Of a stretch of 64,000 nt of DNA, positions 1-8,870 are shown one piece after another. The notes beneath the pieces were generated by a model. That model saw only the letters and a program-made list of their open reading frames with translations. It searched no databases and had not been told where the DNA came from. The stretch lies in NCBI GenBank assembly GCA_964596525.1, contig CAZQUL010000001.1, positions 951,723 to 1,015,722 of the forward strand, read 5' to 3'. The first letter of the stretch is position 1; every line of letters begins with the position of its first letter. A program made the position numbers and the translations under genes. Source of the DNA: an uncultured Gammaproteobacteria bacterium. GTDB lineage: Bacteria > Patescibacteriota > Patescibacteriia > Magasanikbacterales > GWA2-37-8.

Positions 1-644
1 TCTTGTCTAGCGAATATATGCCAGTTTCCCATGTCTCCATGAATAAAGACGGGTTCGAATGTTTGTCGTTCCCAGATATTTAAAAATTTCTCATATAGTT
101 CTGAAGCCCACGACCGTTGTGCAGCATTCCAAAATGAAAAACAGTGATTCCGTATAAACTCGTACTGTCTGGGCCAATAACCTGGATCAAAATCAGGAAT
201 TCCTCGATTCTTGATTTCCTGTATCTCTACTGTGTGTAACTCAGATAGATATCTACCGATAGATCTTCCTATTTTTTCTAGTTGTATTTGGTTGAATTTA
301 TTTTTTTCAAGCTCGGTCGTGAGATGGTTGCCAGCCATAATCTCGTATTCAAGAGCGAAATTTTCAATATCTCCCATGACACCCCAGGTCGAGATAATAT
401 GAGGAACTTTGAATGTACAGTGCTCTTCAAGAAAGGGAAATATACTTAACTCTTTTTTATACTGATCAAAAACATCGGTCCGTTGTGGAAATTTGAAAAG
501 CCTTTCGTGATTTATAATCAGCACAACCGAGTCGTACCCGTGTATTTTTTCGATATCTAGGATTTTAAAATCTGGAATTAGGCGCTTTAAGATTGCGATA
601 TAGTGCTCTTGAGGCAACGTCTTATGTTGATAGAATCCTGACAT
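1..644 (-). CDS. Phosphotransferase-family (APH/choline-kinase-like) protein; 5' part only, the ORF runs off the left edge
   Basis: The ORF is absent from the track because it has no stop inside the window. Minus-strand translation starts at ATG 644 (MSGFYQHKTLPQEHYIAILKRL...) and the edge region contains FIHGDMGNWHIF, which matches the HGD catalytic-loop motif of APH-type kinases. Confidence 0.45.
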   Translation of the reverse strand, partial: MSGFYQHKTLPQEHYIAILKRLIPDFKILDIEKIHGYDSVVLIINHERLFKFPQRTDVFDQYKKELSIFPFLEEHCTFKVPHIISTWGVMGDIENFALEYEIMAGNHLTTELEKNKFNQIQLEKIGRSIGRYLSELHTVEIQEIKNRGIPDFDPGYWPRQYEFIRNHCFSFWNAAQRSWASELYEKFLNIWERQTFEPVFIHGDMGNWHIFARQ

Positions 645-699
645 AAGCAATATTAAATTTTTGAATGTAGAATATCATCTAATTTAAAAACTGTCCTCC

Positions 700-716
700 T
701 TTAGAGGAGGTGTTCG
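700..716 (-). terminator. Possible rho-independent terminator (6-bp stem CCTCCT/AGGAGG, 4-nt loop) followed on the minus strand by a U-rich tract
   Basis: CCTCCTTTAGAGGAGG lies at ~701-716. On the minus strand it is followed by ACAGUUUUUAAAUU. It sits between the GHMP kinase gene and the APH-like gene. Confidence 0.3.
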
Positions 717-1047
717 ATTGAAGCAAAATCTAGAACTAAAATAATACCCTATTTATTTCCTAACTCTATGGTTGTTGCAAGCTAAACTTGGCTAAGTCTT
801 ATGTTGCTTATCATGCGATGGTAAAAGAAGGTTTTTCTCGGACTAAATTAGCCCTATTTATACTGAAGTATTCCATAAAATTACCAAGAGATTCTATGGC
901 TTTCTGTGGGTCCTGGGTAACAATAACAATAAGCGGACCACCGGAAGAAACAAAAAAGCAATTTTCATCAATACGAAGTTCGGCGAACAGCCTTGAAAAG
1001 AGTGTGTGAATGAATTTATCAAAGAAAATATTGTGCGAAAGCCAGCG

Positions 1048-1920
1048 CTAACGAAAATACTGGGGTATATCACCATACCCACCAATCGTGTACATATTTA
1101 TTGCCCTGAATAATTCGGTAAAATCTCCATGATGGAGAGAAGGAATTATCCTGTTCTTTAAAATCGATTCCTTTATGTCGCCCCATTCAGTTCCCAAACG
1201 CTCAAAAAGAGAAAAACCTTTTCGGTAAAGTTCCATATCTGTAACTCCGCTAATTGACTTCATTTCTTTCGGATAAAGCAGTAAGGCTGTATAAATATCC
1301 GGCAATTGCCCTGCGTACCAAATTTCTGCCTCGCCACCAATAATAACAAGTGAATTTCCGGATAAAGCGCTGGCCGAGGCGCCGCCGATACTAGCCATGG
1401 TCGAAAGATAGCCAGGTCGATCAGTTTCCTCGCCATAATTCTGAGCAAGCAGCCTCGTCATTTCCTGGGTGGATATATGATTTCCGGTAACGAGGTTAAT
1501 AGCTTGTGCTACAGCGGTTATTAAAGCGGCTGACGAGCCTAACCCGCCGTGCAAGATAGTGTGGTTATTTTGAGCCTTAATGTTAAAACCATAATTTTTT
1601 CCGATTGTTTTCTGTAGTATTTTTGCAACATGTTCAAGAAGCGTTGGGCGACTGCTTATTGGTTCGATAATTATTCTATCATCGTCTCGCAAGGAAACTT
1701 CTGCCTCAGTATATTGTTTGATAGTAAAATTAACTGAGTTTACCGGGTAAACCTGAGGTCGCGGCGGACGAACAAAGTAATGATGGTGGCAGAGAAATGT
1801 ATCAACACGTGCAGGTACCGATATTTTACATGTTTTAAATGGCGGTTTTTCAACAAAGAAAGAGCGTGGTAGTGGATTAAGAAGTTCTCCTATAGGGTAA
1901 TATTCAAGTTCCTCCTTCAT
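1048..1920 (-). CDS. GHMP-kinase family protein (small-molecule kinase; substrate unknown)
   Basis: The 290-aa ORF contains ILHGGLGSSAALITAV, which matches the GHMP phosphate-binding motif PxGSGLGSSAA. It overlaps the upstream decarboxylase gene by 17 nt, consistent with operon coupling. Confidence 0.6.
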   Translation of the reverse strand: MKEELEYYPIGELLNPLPRSFFVEKPPFKTCKISVPARVDTFLCHHHYFVRPPRPQVYPVNSVNFTIKQYTEAEVSLRDDDRIIIEPISSRPTLLEHVAKILQKTIGKNYGFNIKAQNNHTILHGGLGSSAALITAVAQAINLVTGNHISTQEMTRLLAQNYGEETDRPGYLSTMASIGGASASALSGNSLVIIGGEAEIWYAGQLPDIYTALLLYPKEMKSISGVTDMELYRKGFSLFERLGTEWGDIKESILKNRIIPSLHHGDFTELFRAINMYTIGGYGDIPQYFR

Positions 1921-3169
1921 AAAAAACAGTGAGTGTTTTGATAAGTCGATTGATAGCGCGCAGACTGTGATCTTTGCGAATGATAATCTTAAAAAGATCT
2001 ACTTCATTTCCGTTCAGAATAACTTTAGATGAAGTGATAGAAAAATTTTTTAAGAGTTTACCAAGCAAATCTTTCTTCTCTCTTTCGATCGTAAAGACAA
2101 TATAGTTAAATTTAGGCGGATACAGGAGTTTTATGAATGGAAAGACCGATAATTTTTCAGCGAGGTACTTAGTCTTTTTAAAAGTCTTAGCATAGGTTTT
2201 TTTTCTATTCTCGTATGTGTTCGTGGCTAAAATAGCCCAAGTGGCGAGCACGTCAGCTCCTTTGCGACTTCCTGTCAGGGTGTAATCAGCCCCATCGGAA
2301 AGATACCTTGCTTCAACCTTCGCATATCGCTCTAAGCCTCCGCGGACAATGACGGCTCCTGAACCAACAGGACCTCCTAAATTTTTATGAAAATCAAGGG
2401 CGATCGAACTAAGTGAGGGTAGGTTAAAGAAATGCTTGTACTCTTCTACGTACGGAAGAAGAAAGCCCGAGAAAGCGGCGTCGACATGGAAGAATATGTT
2501 TTTAAAGCCAGAATTTCTTATAAAAGTATCAATTTCGGTAATAGGATCGATTAAACCATACTCCGTAGTCATGGCCGTAAGGACGAGGATTATTGGAGTA
2601 GACTGCGCTGCAGATATCTTCTGTTCCAACTGTTGAAGATCAGTGCGCCCCAAAGCATCAAGTTCAACATATTCGATTGTATGTGCATCGGATTGTGCTA
2701 TGCCTAAAATAGTTAATGCTTTGAGGGCTGAATAGTGAACATTTTTAGGAATGAGCCAAGTAATCCTCTCAGATTTATCTACTAAAGCTTTCAGAGCCCA
2801 TTCTCGCGCCAGCCATAAAGCGTAGATAGTTGCCTCAGTGGCGCCCGTGGTCACATATCCTGAAAATGAAGAAAATGGGAGATTGAGTAGATTAACGACT
2901 TTTTGTAGAAGAATTTTTTCAAGATATCTGCTGAAATTGAATGTCCCTTCTGTCGGTAGAGAAATGTGTTCGTCAGCGGTCATGCTCCGAACATGGAGCA
3001 TGATATTATTATAGTTAAATTCGCTAAATAAAAAGACTACCAGTCGGATGTTTAGTGCTAAAGGAGACCAGGAGCGTCCAAACACCACGCCTTCCCTTAG
3101 GCGGGTATCAGTACTGGACCATTTGAGCAACTGGAGATAGGTTTTCCAGAATAAAACAAACTCCTTCAC
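1904..3169 (-). CDS. PLP-dependent group II amino-acid decarboxylase (MfnA / tyrosine-aspartate decarboxylase-like)
   Basis: The 421-aa ORF has SGYVTTGATEATIYALWLAREWA (PLP fold type I motif), HVDAAFSGF and DFHKNLGGPVGSGAV (PLP-lysine HK motif). It resembles archaeal MfnA and group II decarboxylases. Confidence 0.7.
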   Translation of the reverse strand: MKEFVLFWKTYLQLLKWSSTDTRLREGVVFGRSWSPLALNIRLVVFLFSEFNYNNIMLHVRSMTADEHISLPTEGTFNFSRYLEKILLQKVVNLLNLPFSSFSGYVTTGATEATIYALWLAREWALKALVDKSERITWLIPKNVHYSALKALTILGIAQSDAHTIEYVELDALGRTDLQQLEQKISAAQSTPIILVLTAMTTEYGLIDPITEIDTFIRNSGFKNIFFHVDAAFSGFLLPYVEEYKHFFNLPSLSSIALDFHKNLGGPVGSGAVIVRGGLERYAKVEARYLSDGADYTLTGSRKGADVLATWAILATNTYENRKKTYAKTFKKTKYLAEKLSVFPFIKLLYPPKFNYIVFTIEREKKDLLGKLLKNFSITSSKVILNGNEVDLFKIIIRKDHSLRAINRLIKTLTVFYEGGT

Positions 3170-3828
3170 AGAAGAATGCTGTTTTTGCAGGCTTCAATTA
3201 TCTCCTTGTGTTGTGAAAAACCGTGTTTCTTCATTACGCGGTCGATCTGTCGAAGAGTTGGTTCTGGATCGCCTTCGGTCGGGAGTATAATGGTAATATC
3301 CATAAGAGCACAGCAGGAGGCGATGTGTTCTTTTTCAATTTCACAGTTCAATAAACGTAAACGCTGATCCGGGACTTTATTGAGGCCTCGATGAAAGAGT
3401 TGGTTTGCGACCGCTTCAGTGGATAGAGGGATGATGCCTATTAAAATTGCCTGAGGTAGAAAGTAGGCGACATCGGTTGCAAGATAGGAGGATGGGGCTT
3501 CTAAAACGATTCGTTTTCCTTCTATGGCGCTACGGTATACAACGTCCAGGTCATAGCCATAGGCGTTTCCATAGCTTCGCACACCGAGAAAGATTGTTCC
3601 CTCAAGGCTGCGTTCAACAAATGAATGTCGCGTAAGATGGTGCGAACCGGCGTGTGCTTCTCCTGGCCTGAGCTCGCGTGTTGTTAAAAAAGGAAGTTCT
3701 ACAAAGCCGTACGTGTCGAGTAGGTAGGAGGCAGTCATGCTTTTACCGCTTCCGCTTGGGCCACAGATTACGATGAACTGATTGCTTAGGTCCATTATTG
3801 CCTTGATCTTTTCCTCCTTTGATTTCAT
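3166..3828 (-). CDS. Guanylate-kinase-like P-loop kinase
   Basis: The 220-aa ORF has ICGPSGSGKSM (P-loop) and LTTRELRPGEAHAGSHHLTRHSFVERSLEGTIFLGVRSYGNAYGY. This pattern resembles Gmk and PhnN-type nucleotide/sugar-phosphate kinases. It overlaps the decarboxylase gene by 4 nt. Confidence 0.55.
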   Translation of the reverse strand: MKSKEEKIKAIMDLSNQFIVICGPSGSGKSMTASYLLDTYGFVELPFLTTRELRPGEAHAGSHHLTRHSFVERSLEGTIFLGVRSYGNAYGYDLDVVYRSAIEGKRIVLEAPSSYLATDVAYFLPQAILIGIIPLSTEAVANQLFHRGLNKVPDQRLRLLNCEIEKEHIASCCALMDITIILPTEGDPEPTLRQIDRVMKKHGFSQHKEIIEACKNSILL

Positions 3829-3834
3829 AGGTAG

Positions 3835-4458
3835 CTAGACAATTAAAGCGTCAATTCCAAAATGTTCTTTTAACGAATTGGCAATCACAAATAGTGGCAG
3901 TCCGATTGACCCATAAAATTCGCCATTAAGATTCTCAACAAAAATTCCTCCCAGATGCTCGTGGTCATATGCTCCAGCTACTCCTAGAACATCTTCTCGT
4001 TCGACATAGTGGGTAGCTTCTTCTTTGCTAATTTTTCTAAAAGTTACCTCGGTGGTCCGGACACCAGAATCAATTTTAGATGATTGAGTATCGATCAAGC
4101 TATACCCGGTATGTATAGCATGTGTTGAGCCTGATAGAGAAAGTAACATTGCGACGGCTTCTTCCTTACTTTTGGGCTTAGGAAGTATTTTTCCGTCGTG
4201 CTCTACCAGAGTGTCTGAGCCAATAATAATGCAATCCGGATAGGATTCTACAAGAGAATCCGCTTTTTTAAAGGCTAGCTTCTTCACTAGTTCAGAAGGG
4301 CTGAGGGGAAGCGTATTATCTTCTTCGTAACGGTGCGCGACGCTTTCAAATGGGATATGGAGTAGTGAGAGAATTTCTTTGCGGCGTTTTGAGGTTGATG
4401 CTAGAACGATGCGACGCATATCCTGTTTTTTAGATAAAAAAATTACCTTGAAAGGCAA
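3835..4458 (-). CDS. maf: Maf-like nucleoside triphosphate pyrophosphatase
   Basis: IVLASTSKRRKEIL is the Maf N-terminal signature. The TTG start at 4458 is preceded by a strong RBS (AGGAGGG plus 8 nt). An alternative ATG lies at 4419. Confidence 0.8.
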   Translation of the reverse strand: MPFKVIFLSKKQDMRRIVLASTSKRRKEILSLLHIPFESVAHRYEEDNTLPLSPSELVKKLAFKKADSLVESYPDCIIIGSDTLVEHDGKILPKPKSKEEAVAMLLSLSGSTHAIHTGYSLIDTQSSKIDSGVRTTEVTFRKISKEEATHYVEREDVLGVAGAYDHEHLGGIFVENLNGEFYGSIGLPLFVIANSLKEHFGIDALIV

Positions 4459-4501
4459 ATGAAATCCCTCCTGGAGACTACATATCTTAATTTTTTTTGA
4501 C

Positions 4502-4516
4502 TGTCAAATTTTGACA
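4502..4516. promoter_or_regulatory. Perfect 15-bp palindrome TGTCAAATTTTGACA in a divergent promoter region, embedded in two TTGAC(A/T) -35-like hexamers
   Basis: The palindrome is read directly from the sequence. It lies between divergent genes (the maf operon on minus, the 4596 ORF on plus). On the minus strand, TTGACA followed by a 17-bp spacer and TATGTA precedes the maf RBS. GACTAGTC lies just downstream. Confidence 0.35.
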
Positions 4517-4595
4517 GCAAGAATTTTTTAAAGACTAGTCAAAACATATATTGTTTTGTTACTCTTTACAATAGTTTACTTTTGTAAAGAGTTTT

Positions 4596-5402
4596 GTGTC
4601 TTCGGAAGGGGTTATAATTCAAAATTTAAAAGAACACTTCAAAGCTCTAGAAGACGCCGTTGCTTTAAAAGAAGAGCACTTCGTATGCTCAGCAGTTTTT
4701 GATTATTGCTGTTTAATTTCCTACACACAAGAAACTGCTGAAATTATTAAGGAAATGGTCAAGATGAACGAAATTGGAATTGAATTGCTTGATCGAATCT
4801 TTTTATTTTCTTTCTCAAATATTAGCCTTTATCCCTCAGTCTACGGAGAGCACGCTAAAAAATTTCCTTTATTTTGGGACCGAGAAGTTGAAGAAAGTCG
4901 TAGTCTAGTAGAAAAAACGCGTGCTTTATTCCTGCTTGAGAAGAAAAGGATTGAAGAAGCTAAGGAAAGAAAAGTTTCAGTTTTTGATCTTGAATTGCCT
5001 GAAGATGTTTTGTATTCGGGCATGACAGATAATGAAGAATACTTGAGTCTTAGATCTCTTCATAACAAACTTCTCTTAAAACTTTCCCAGAAAAAAGAAC
5101 AAAAAATTTATTTTGATAAAGATAAATCCTTATTGGTAGTAGGCATTCAGAATATAAAAATTAGAAAATATAGCGATGCTCACTTTGTACTATCTGAAAT
5201 TTTTTCAGAAGGGAATTTAAGTAAAGAATGGTTCTTCTCTGAGCTTTCAGAAAAATACGACTCAGAAGCCTTGTTCCCTGATAAAAAATTTTACAACTCC
5301 ATCTATCAGATAAATCTTAAATTACGTGAAAAAGGCATTACTGATTTATTTGTAACAACTAGACAATCCATAACAATCAATAAGAGCTACTTTTCGTCTT
5401 AA
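4596..5402 (+). CDS. Hypothetical protein (268 aa), Lys/Glu-rich
   Basis: Long ORF. No motif recognised. Confidence 0.4.
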   Translation: MSSEGVIIQNLKEHFKALEDAVALKEEHFVCSAVFDYCCLISYTQETAEIIKEMVKMNEIGIELLDRIFLFSFSNISLYPSVYGEHAKKFPLFWDREVEESRSLVEKTRALFLLEKKRIEEAKERKVSVFDLELPEDVLYSGMTDNEEYLSLRSLHNKLLLKLSQKKEQKIYFDKDKSLLVVGIQNIKIRKYSDAHFVLSEIFSEGNLSKEWFFSELSEKYDSEALFPDKKFYNSIYQINLKLREKGITDLFVTTRQSITINKSYFSS

Positions 5403-5548
5403 GTCGTCTTAAATTGCCTGTTTGATAGCCTGAGGATAAACATCCTCAGGTTTTATGTTTTTAGAAGCTAAAGACAACCGAGACGCCGTATTTGACGATG
5501 CAGAATCCCAAGATAATTTGGTTGGTTTTTATAATTTGCTTTTAACCA

Positions 5549-6691
5549 TTGATAAACGTGTTAACCCTCAACTCTATGATCGACACCGTGATTCTAACTA
5601 TCCCAGCTAAAGACGTTCAGATGCTTGATGATGAAATTTATGACGTACAACCTTGGAATTTGCAGGCCAAGACCGAATCGTACCAAAAGTATGTCAAAAA
5701 TCCGACTGTTAAAGCTCTAAAAAGCGGCCTCTATTTCCCTAGACTGACAGGCTACAACCGAAATGACGTATTAACAGAGGTTGTAAAAATAGAATTCTCA
5801 GTACCTAAATTGCTTTACTTAAATAATTTAGACGAGCTTGAAGAAAAGCAGTTCCCAGAAGTCGTTACCATATTGCAGGACAGATTAAAAAAGATGGGGG
5901 TTGTCGCGACTTACGATACGTTGGCTAATGCCCCGATAACTACTGTTCATTACTCCAAAAATATCGAATTGTTAGATGGTTTTACTTCGCAGTATGTCAT
6001 AGCAGAACTAGGTAAAATTAACCTCAACAAACGCTTTGATCTAACCAAAGCTCGATACATGAACGATGGTCAAAGCCTAACCGCTTTTAGTGTTACCAAC
6101 TCCTTCGTCATCTACGATAAAATCGCTGATTTAAACAAGGATAAGAAGCGGGCTATTGATAAAAACCAAGGCGCTTATCAACTAAGCTTATTTGGGCAAT
6201 TAAGCCCTACAGAAGAAATCATTCGCTTTGAAGCCCGCTTATGCAAGAAGCAAAAAATAGTCGCCCTGTTTAAACAGCTTGGTTTTACCGACGACTTAAC
6301 TTTCAAGAATGTCTTTTCAGTAGTTAAAAGTACGGCTGTTTTGAACCATTATTGGACAAGAATGGTTGAAGGTAACAGCCTTTTACTTTTTGCCCGCTCT
6401 AGCAGTGCTAAGGACTTACTTAAACAGATTCATTTGACCCGCCCCACAGCCAGGTCTAAAACAGCTATTTATCTTGTTGGACTACTATGTCTTGCCCGGG
6501 AAGGCGATGGTTTGCGCGAGCTTAGGACGGTGCTCGAAAAACGAAATAATCCACGGAGCTGGTACAGAACTATAAGCGATCTAAAAACCCTCTCTAATGA
6601 GCTGGAAAATCTTAAATTGCGCGAGTGGTTTAACCAGATTAAGGGTCAGTTTGAAAGGTATGTTCCTGTGCGAATCTCTCCTAAAATATAA
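5549..6691 (+). CDS. Putative replication initiation protein (Rep_trans-like)
   Basis: The 380-aa ORF contains SFVIYDKIADLNK, which resembles the conserved (R/V)IYDK block of Rep_trans rolling-circle initiators. It sits upstream of the excisionase/R-M/recombinase module. The family assignment is tentative. Confidence 0.3.
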   Translation: MINVLTLNSMIDTVILTIPAKDVQMLDDEIYDVQPWNLQAKTESYQKYVKNPTVKALKSGLYFPRLTGYNRNDVLTEVVKIEFSVPKLLYLNNLDELEEKQFPEVVTILQDRLKKMGVVATYDTLANAPITTVHYSKNIELLDGFTSQYVIAELGKINLNKRFDLTKARYMNDGQSLTAFSVTNSFVIYDKIADLNKDKKRAIDKNQGAYQLSLFGQLSPTEEIIRFEARLCKKQKIVALFKQLGFTDDLTFKNVFSVVKSTAVLNHYWTRMVEGNSLLLFARSSSAKDLLKQIHLTRPTARSKTAIYLVGLLCLAREGDGLRELRTVLEKRNNPRSWYRTISDLKTLSNELENLKLREWFNQIKGQFERYVPVRISPKI

Positions 6692-6889
6692 GCATTTTAT
6701 ATCTATTCTTACTTAAAATATGAACAATAAAAATTTTCAAAAGGAAGTAATGCTATTTCTAGAGCAGGCCTATAAACGGGCTATGTCCGAGGCCATAAAG
6801 CGAGGCAAAGAGGCGGCAAAGAAAAAGCGTCTACTTGTGCACTCGCCATGTAAACGAAAGTAAAGTATAATCCTCTTAACTTAGACTAT

Positions 6890-7072
6890 ATGCAACATCA
6901 GACAAAAGAATTTTATACGCCTAAGGAGCTGGCTGAGAAACTTCAGGTCAATGTAATGACTATTTATCGTTATATTAAAAGCAAGAAATTGCCTGCCTAC
7001 AAAATAGGTAAAGAGTTCCGAATAGAGAAAACCGTTTTTGAGAATTTTTTGGAAGAAGCGAGCACAAAATAA
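6890..7072 (+). CDS. xis: Excisionase-family helix-turn-helix DNA-binding protein
   Basis: YTPKELAEKLQVNVMTIYRYIKSKKLPAYKIGKEFRI matches the HTH_17/excisionase pattern. A TATAAT -10 lies ~20 nt upstream. Confidence 0.75.
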   Translation: MQHQTKEFYTPKELAEKLQVNVMTIYRYIKSKKLPAYKIGKEFRIEKTVFENFLEEASTK

Positions 7073-7076
7073 ATCT

Positions 7077-8870
7077 ATGACTGAAAAAGAAGTCGTACAA
7101 CAGAAAGATAATCAGATACTTCGGCTTCAGAAGGAAGTTGAGAAGTTGAAGAAATCAATAAAAACCCAAAAGTATGGTCTTGTTTGGGCCGATGTACCTG
7201 AAGCATTTGAGGACGATGTTGAAAATAAGCTTCCTGTTCTTGAAGAGGTCCCTACGCTTGCTATAAGGACCAAGGATGATAAGCCGACACATATTCTGAT
7301 TGAAGGCGATAACTACCACGTACTTACTTGCTTAAACTATACCCACAAAGGAAAAGTAGATGTTATTTACATTGACCCGCCTTACAACACTGGTTCAGAC
7401 GGCTTTAGGTATAAAGACAAGCGTATTTTGGATAAGTTCCCTGATGGAACTGAAGTTCCAAAGGACCATCCGTTTAGACACAGCTACTGGCTTTCCTTTA
7501 TGGCAAAGCGACTTGAACTTGCTAAAACACTCCTTAGAGAAGATGGTCTTATTTGCATAAGTATTGATGATAATGAAAGTGCTCAGCTGAAGCTTTTATG
7601 CAACCAGATTTTTGGCGAACAAAATCTACTTGATACTTTTTATATTCAAGTTAGATATGCTGAAAAATCTCTAAATGAAAAAGACGATTTCCAGAAACTT
7701 ATTGAGCAAGTATTGATATACGCAAAAAACAAGCATAAATTCAAACCCAACAAGCCAAGTGATAGCTACTCACTTGATAAGTTCAAGTTTCGTATTCTTG
7801 AAAAGAAAAAAGGGGAAAAAGTAAAAATGGGCAACAAAGATGTTGAGATCTTCTATCAAGGTGATTATGAAATCATAGAGGAAGATAAAGGTAACATTGA
7901 TCTGCTAAAGGCAACTTGGGCAAGTGGAAGTGTGTTGAAAGGTAATACCTCAGGCAAGTTTTTTCATACATACTTAGAAAATCGTAAGGATACTGACGGT
8001 GTAGGCACTCTCTACAAAGTGTATGGCATTGGTGATGACGGTATTGGCTATAGGTATTTTACTGGTCCTAAGAAAGTTACCGCAACGAAAGGTCAGTTCT
8101 ATTCGGGTATTCCTACGGATAGAAGAAAAGACATTGAGAATGGTGGTGATAGTGTAAAAGAGCGACCTATAGTCAACTTTTATGACTATAGTGGTGATTT
8201 TGGAAACATTCGCCATGAAGGTGGGGTTGATTTTAGAAGTGGAAAAAAACCTACAAAACTTATCAAGGATTTAGTAAATCTACATAGGCGTAAGGATGTT
8301 GTGGTTTTAGATTTTTTTGCAGGCTCAGGTTCAACAGGACATGCTGTTCAGCTACTAAACGAAGATGACGGAGGAACAAGACAGTATATCCTTTCAACCA
8401 ACAACGAAGGAAGAATAATGTCTGAGGTTTGTTATCCCCGCATAAAAAATGTAATCGAAGGCTATAATAGTACTGGTCTTGGTGGTTCGGTCAAATACTA
8501 TAAGAGCTCATTTGTTGGCAAGCACAACATCCTTGATGCCGATGATAAAGACAAACTGCAGCTTGCATATCACGCTGGCGAGATGCTTTCTATTGCTGAA
8601 AACACACTTGAACTTACAGAAAAAACGGACCACTGGCAGATTTTTGAAAGCAAGGACAGCTATACGGCTGTTTACTTCAAGGAAGAGTATGACGAGCTTG
8701 ATGGCTTCATAAAGAAAGTGAAAAAGCTCGGAAAGCCCGTGTCAGTGTATATCTTTAGTTGGGAAGATGACCCTTACATTGATGATTTTGAGGACAATGG
8801 AAACATCACGGTCAAAACAATCCCTCAACCAATCCTTGAGATATACAAGCAAATCTACAACCTGCTATGA
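7077..8870 (+). CDS. mod: Type III restriction-modification system methyltransferase (Mod, N6-adenine)
   Basis: VIYIDPPYNTGSDGF (motif IV DPPY) lies upstream of LDFFAGSGSTGHAV (motif I FxGxG), giving the beta-class order typical of Type III Mod. The ORF can also start at 7038, overlapping xis. Confidence 0.85.
   Translation: MTEKEVVQQKDNQILRLQKEVEKLKKSIKTQKYGLVWADVPEAFEDDVENKLPVLEEVPTLAIRTKDDKPTHILIEGDNYHVLTCLNYTHKGKVDVIYIDPPYNTGSDGFRYKDKRILDKFPDGTEVPKDHPFRHSYWLSFMAKRLELAKTLLREDGLICISIDDNESAQLKLLCNQIFGEQNLLDTFYIQVRYAEKSLNEKDDFQKLIEQVLIYAKNKHKFKPNKPSDSYSLDKFKFRILEKKKGEKVKMGNKDVEIFYQGDYEIIEEDKGNIDLLKATWASGSVLKGNTSGKFFHTYLENRKDTDGVGTLYKVYGIGDDGIGYRYFTGPKKVTATKGQFYSGIPTDRRKDIENGGDSVKERPIVNFYDYSGDFGNIRHEGGVDFRSGKKPTKLIKDLVNLHRRKDVVVLDFFAGSGSTGHAVQLLNEDDGGTRQYILSTNNEGRIMSEVCYPRIKNVIEGYNSTGLGGSVKYYKSSFVGKHNILDADDKDKLQLAYHAGEMLSIAENTLELTEKTDHWQIFESKDSYTAVYFKEEYDELDGFIKKVKKLGKPVSVYIFSWEDDPYIDDFEDNGNITVKTIPQPILEIYKQIYNLL

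Noticed and set aside
788-1085. Small ORFs (63-73 aa) in the spacer between the GHMP kinase and APH-like genes
   Set aside because: They have no RBS or motifs and overlap the GHMP gene end. The region may be non-coding or hold a small RNA, but nothing supportable was seen.
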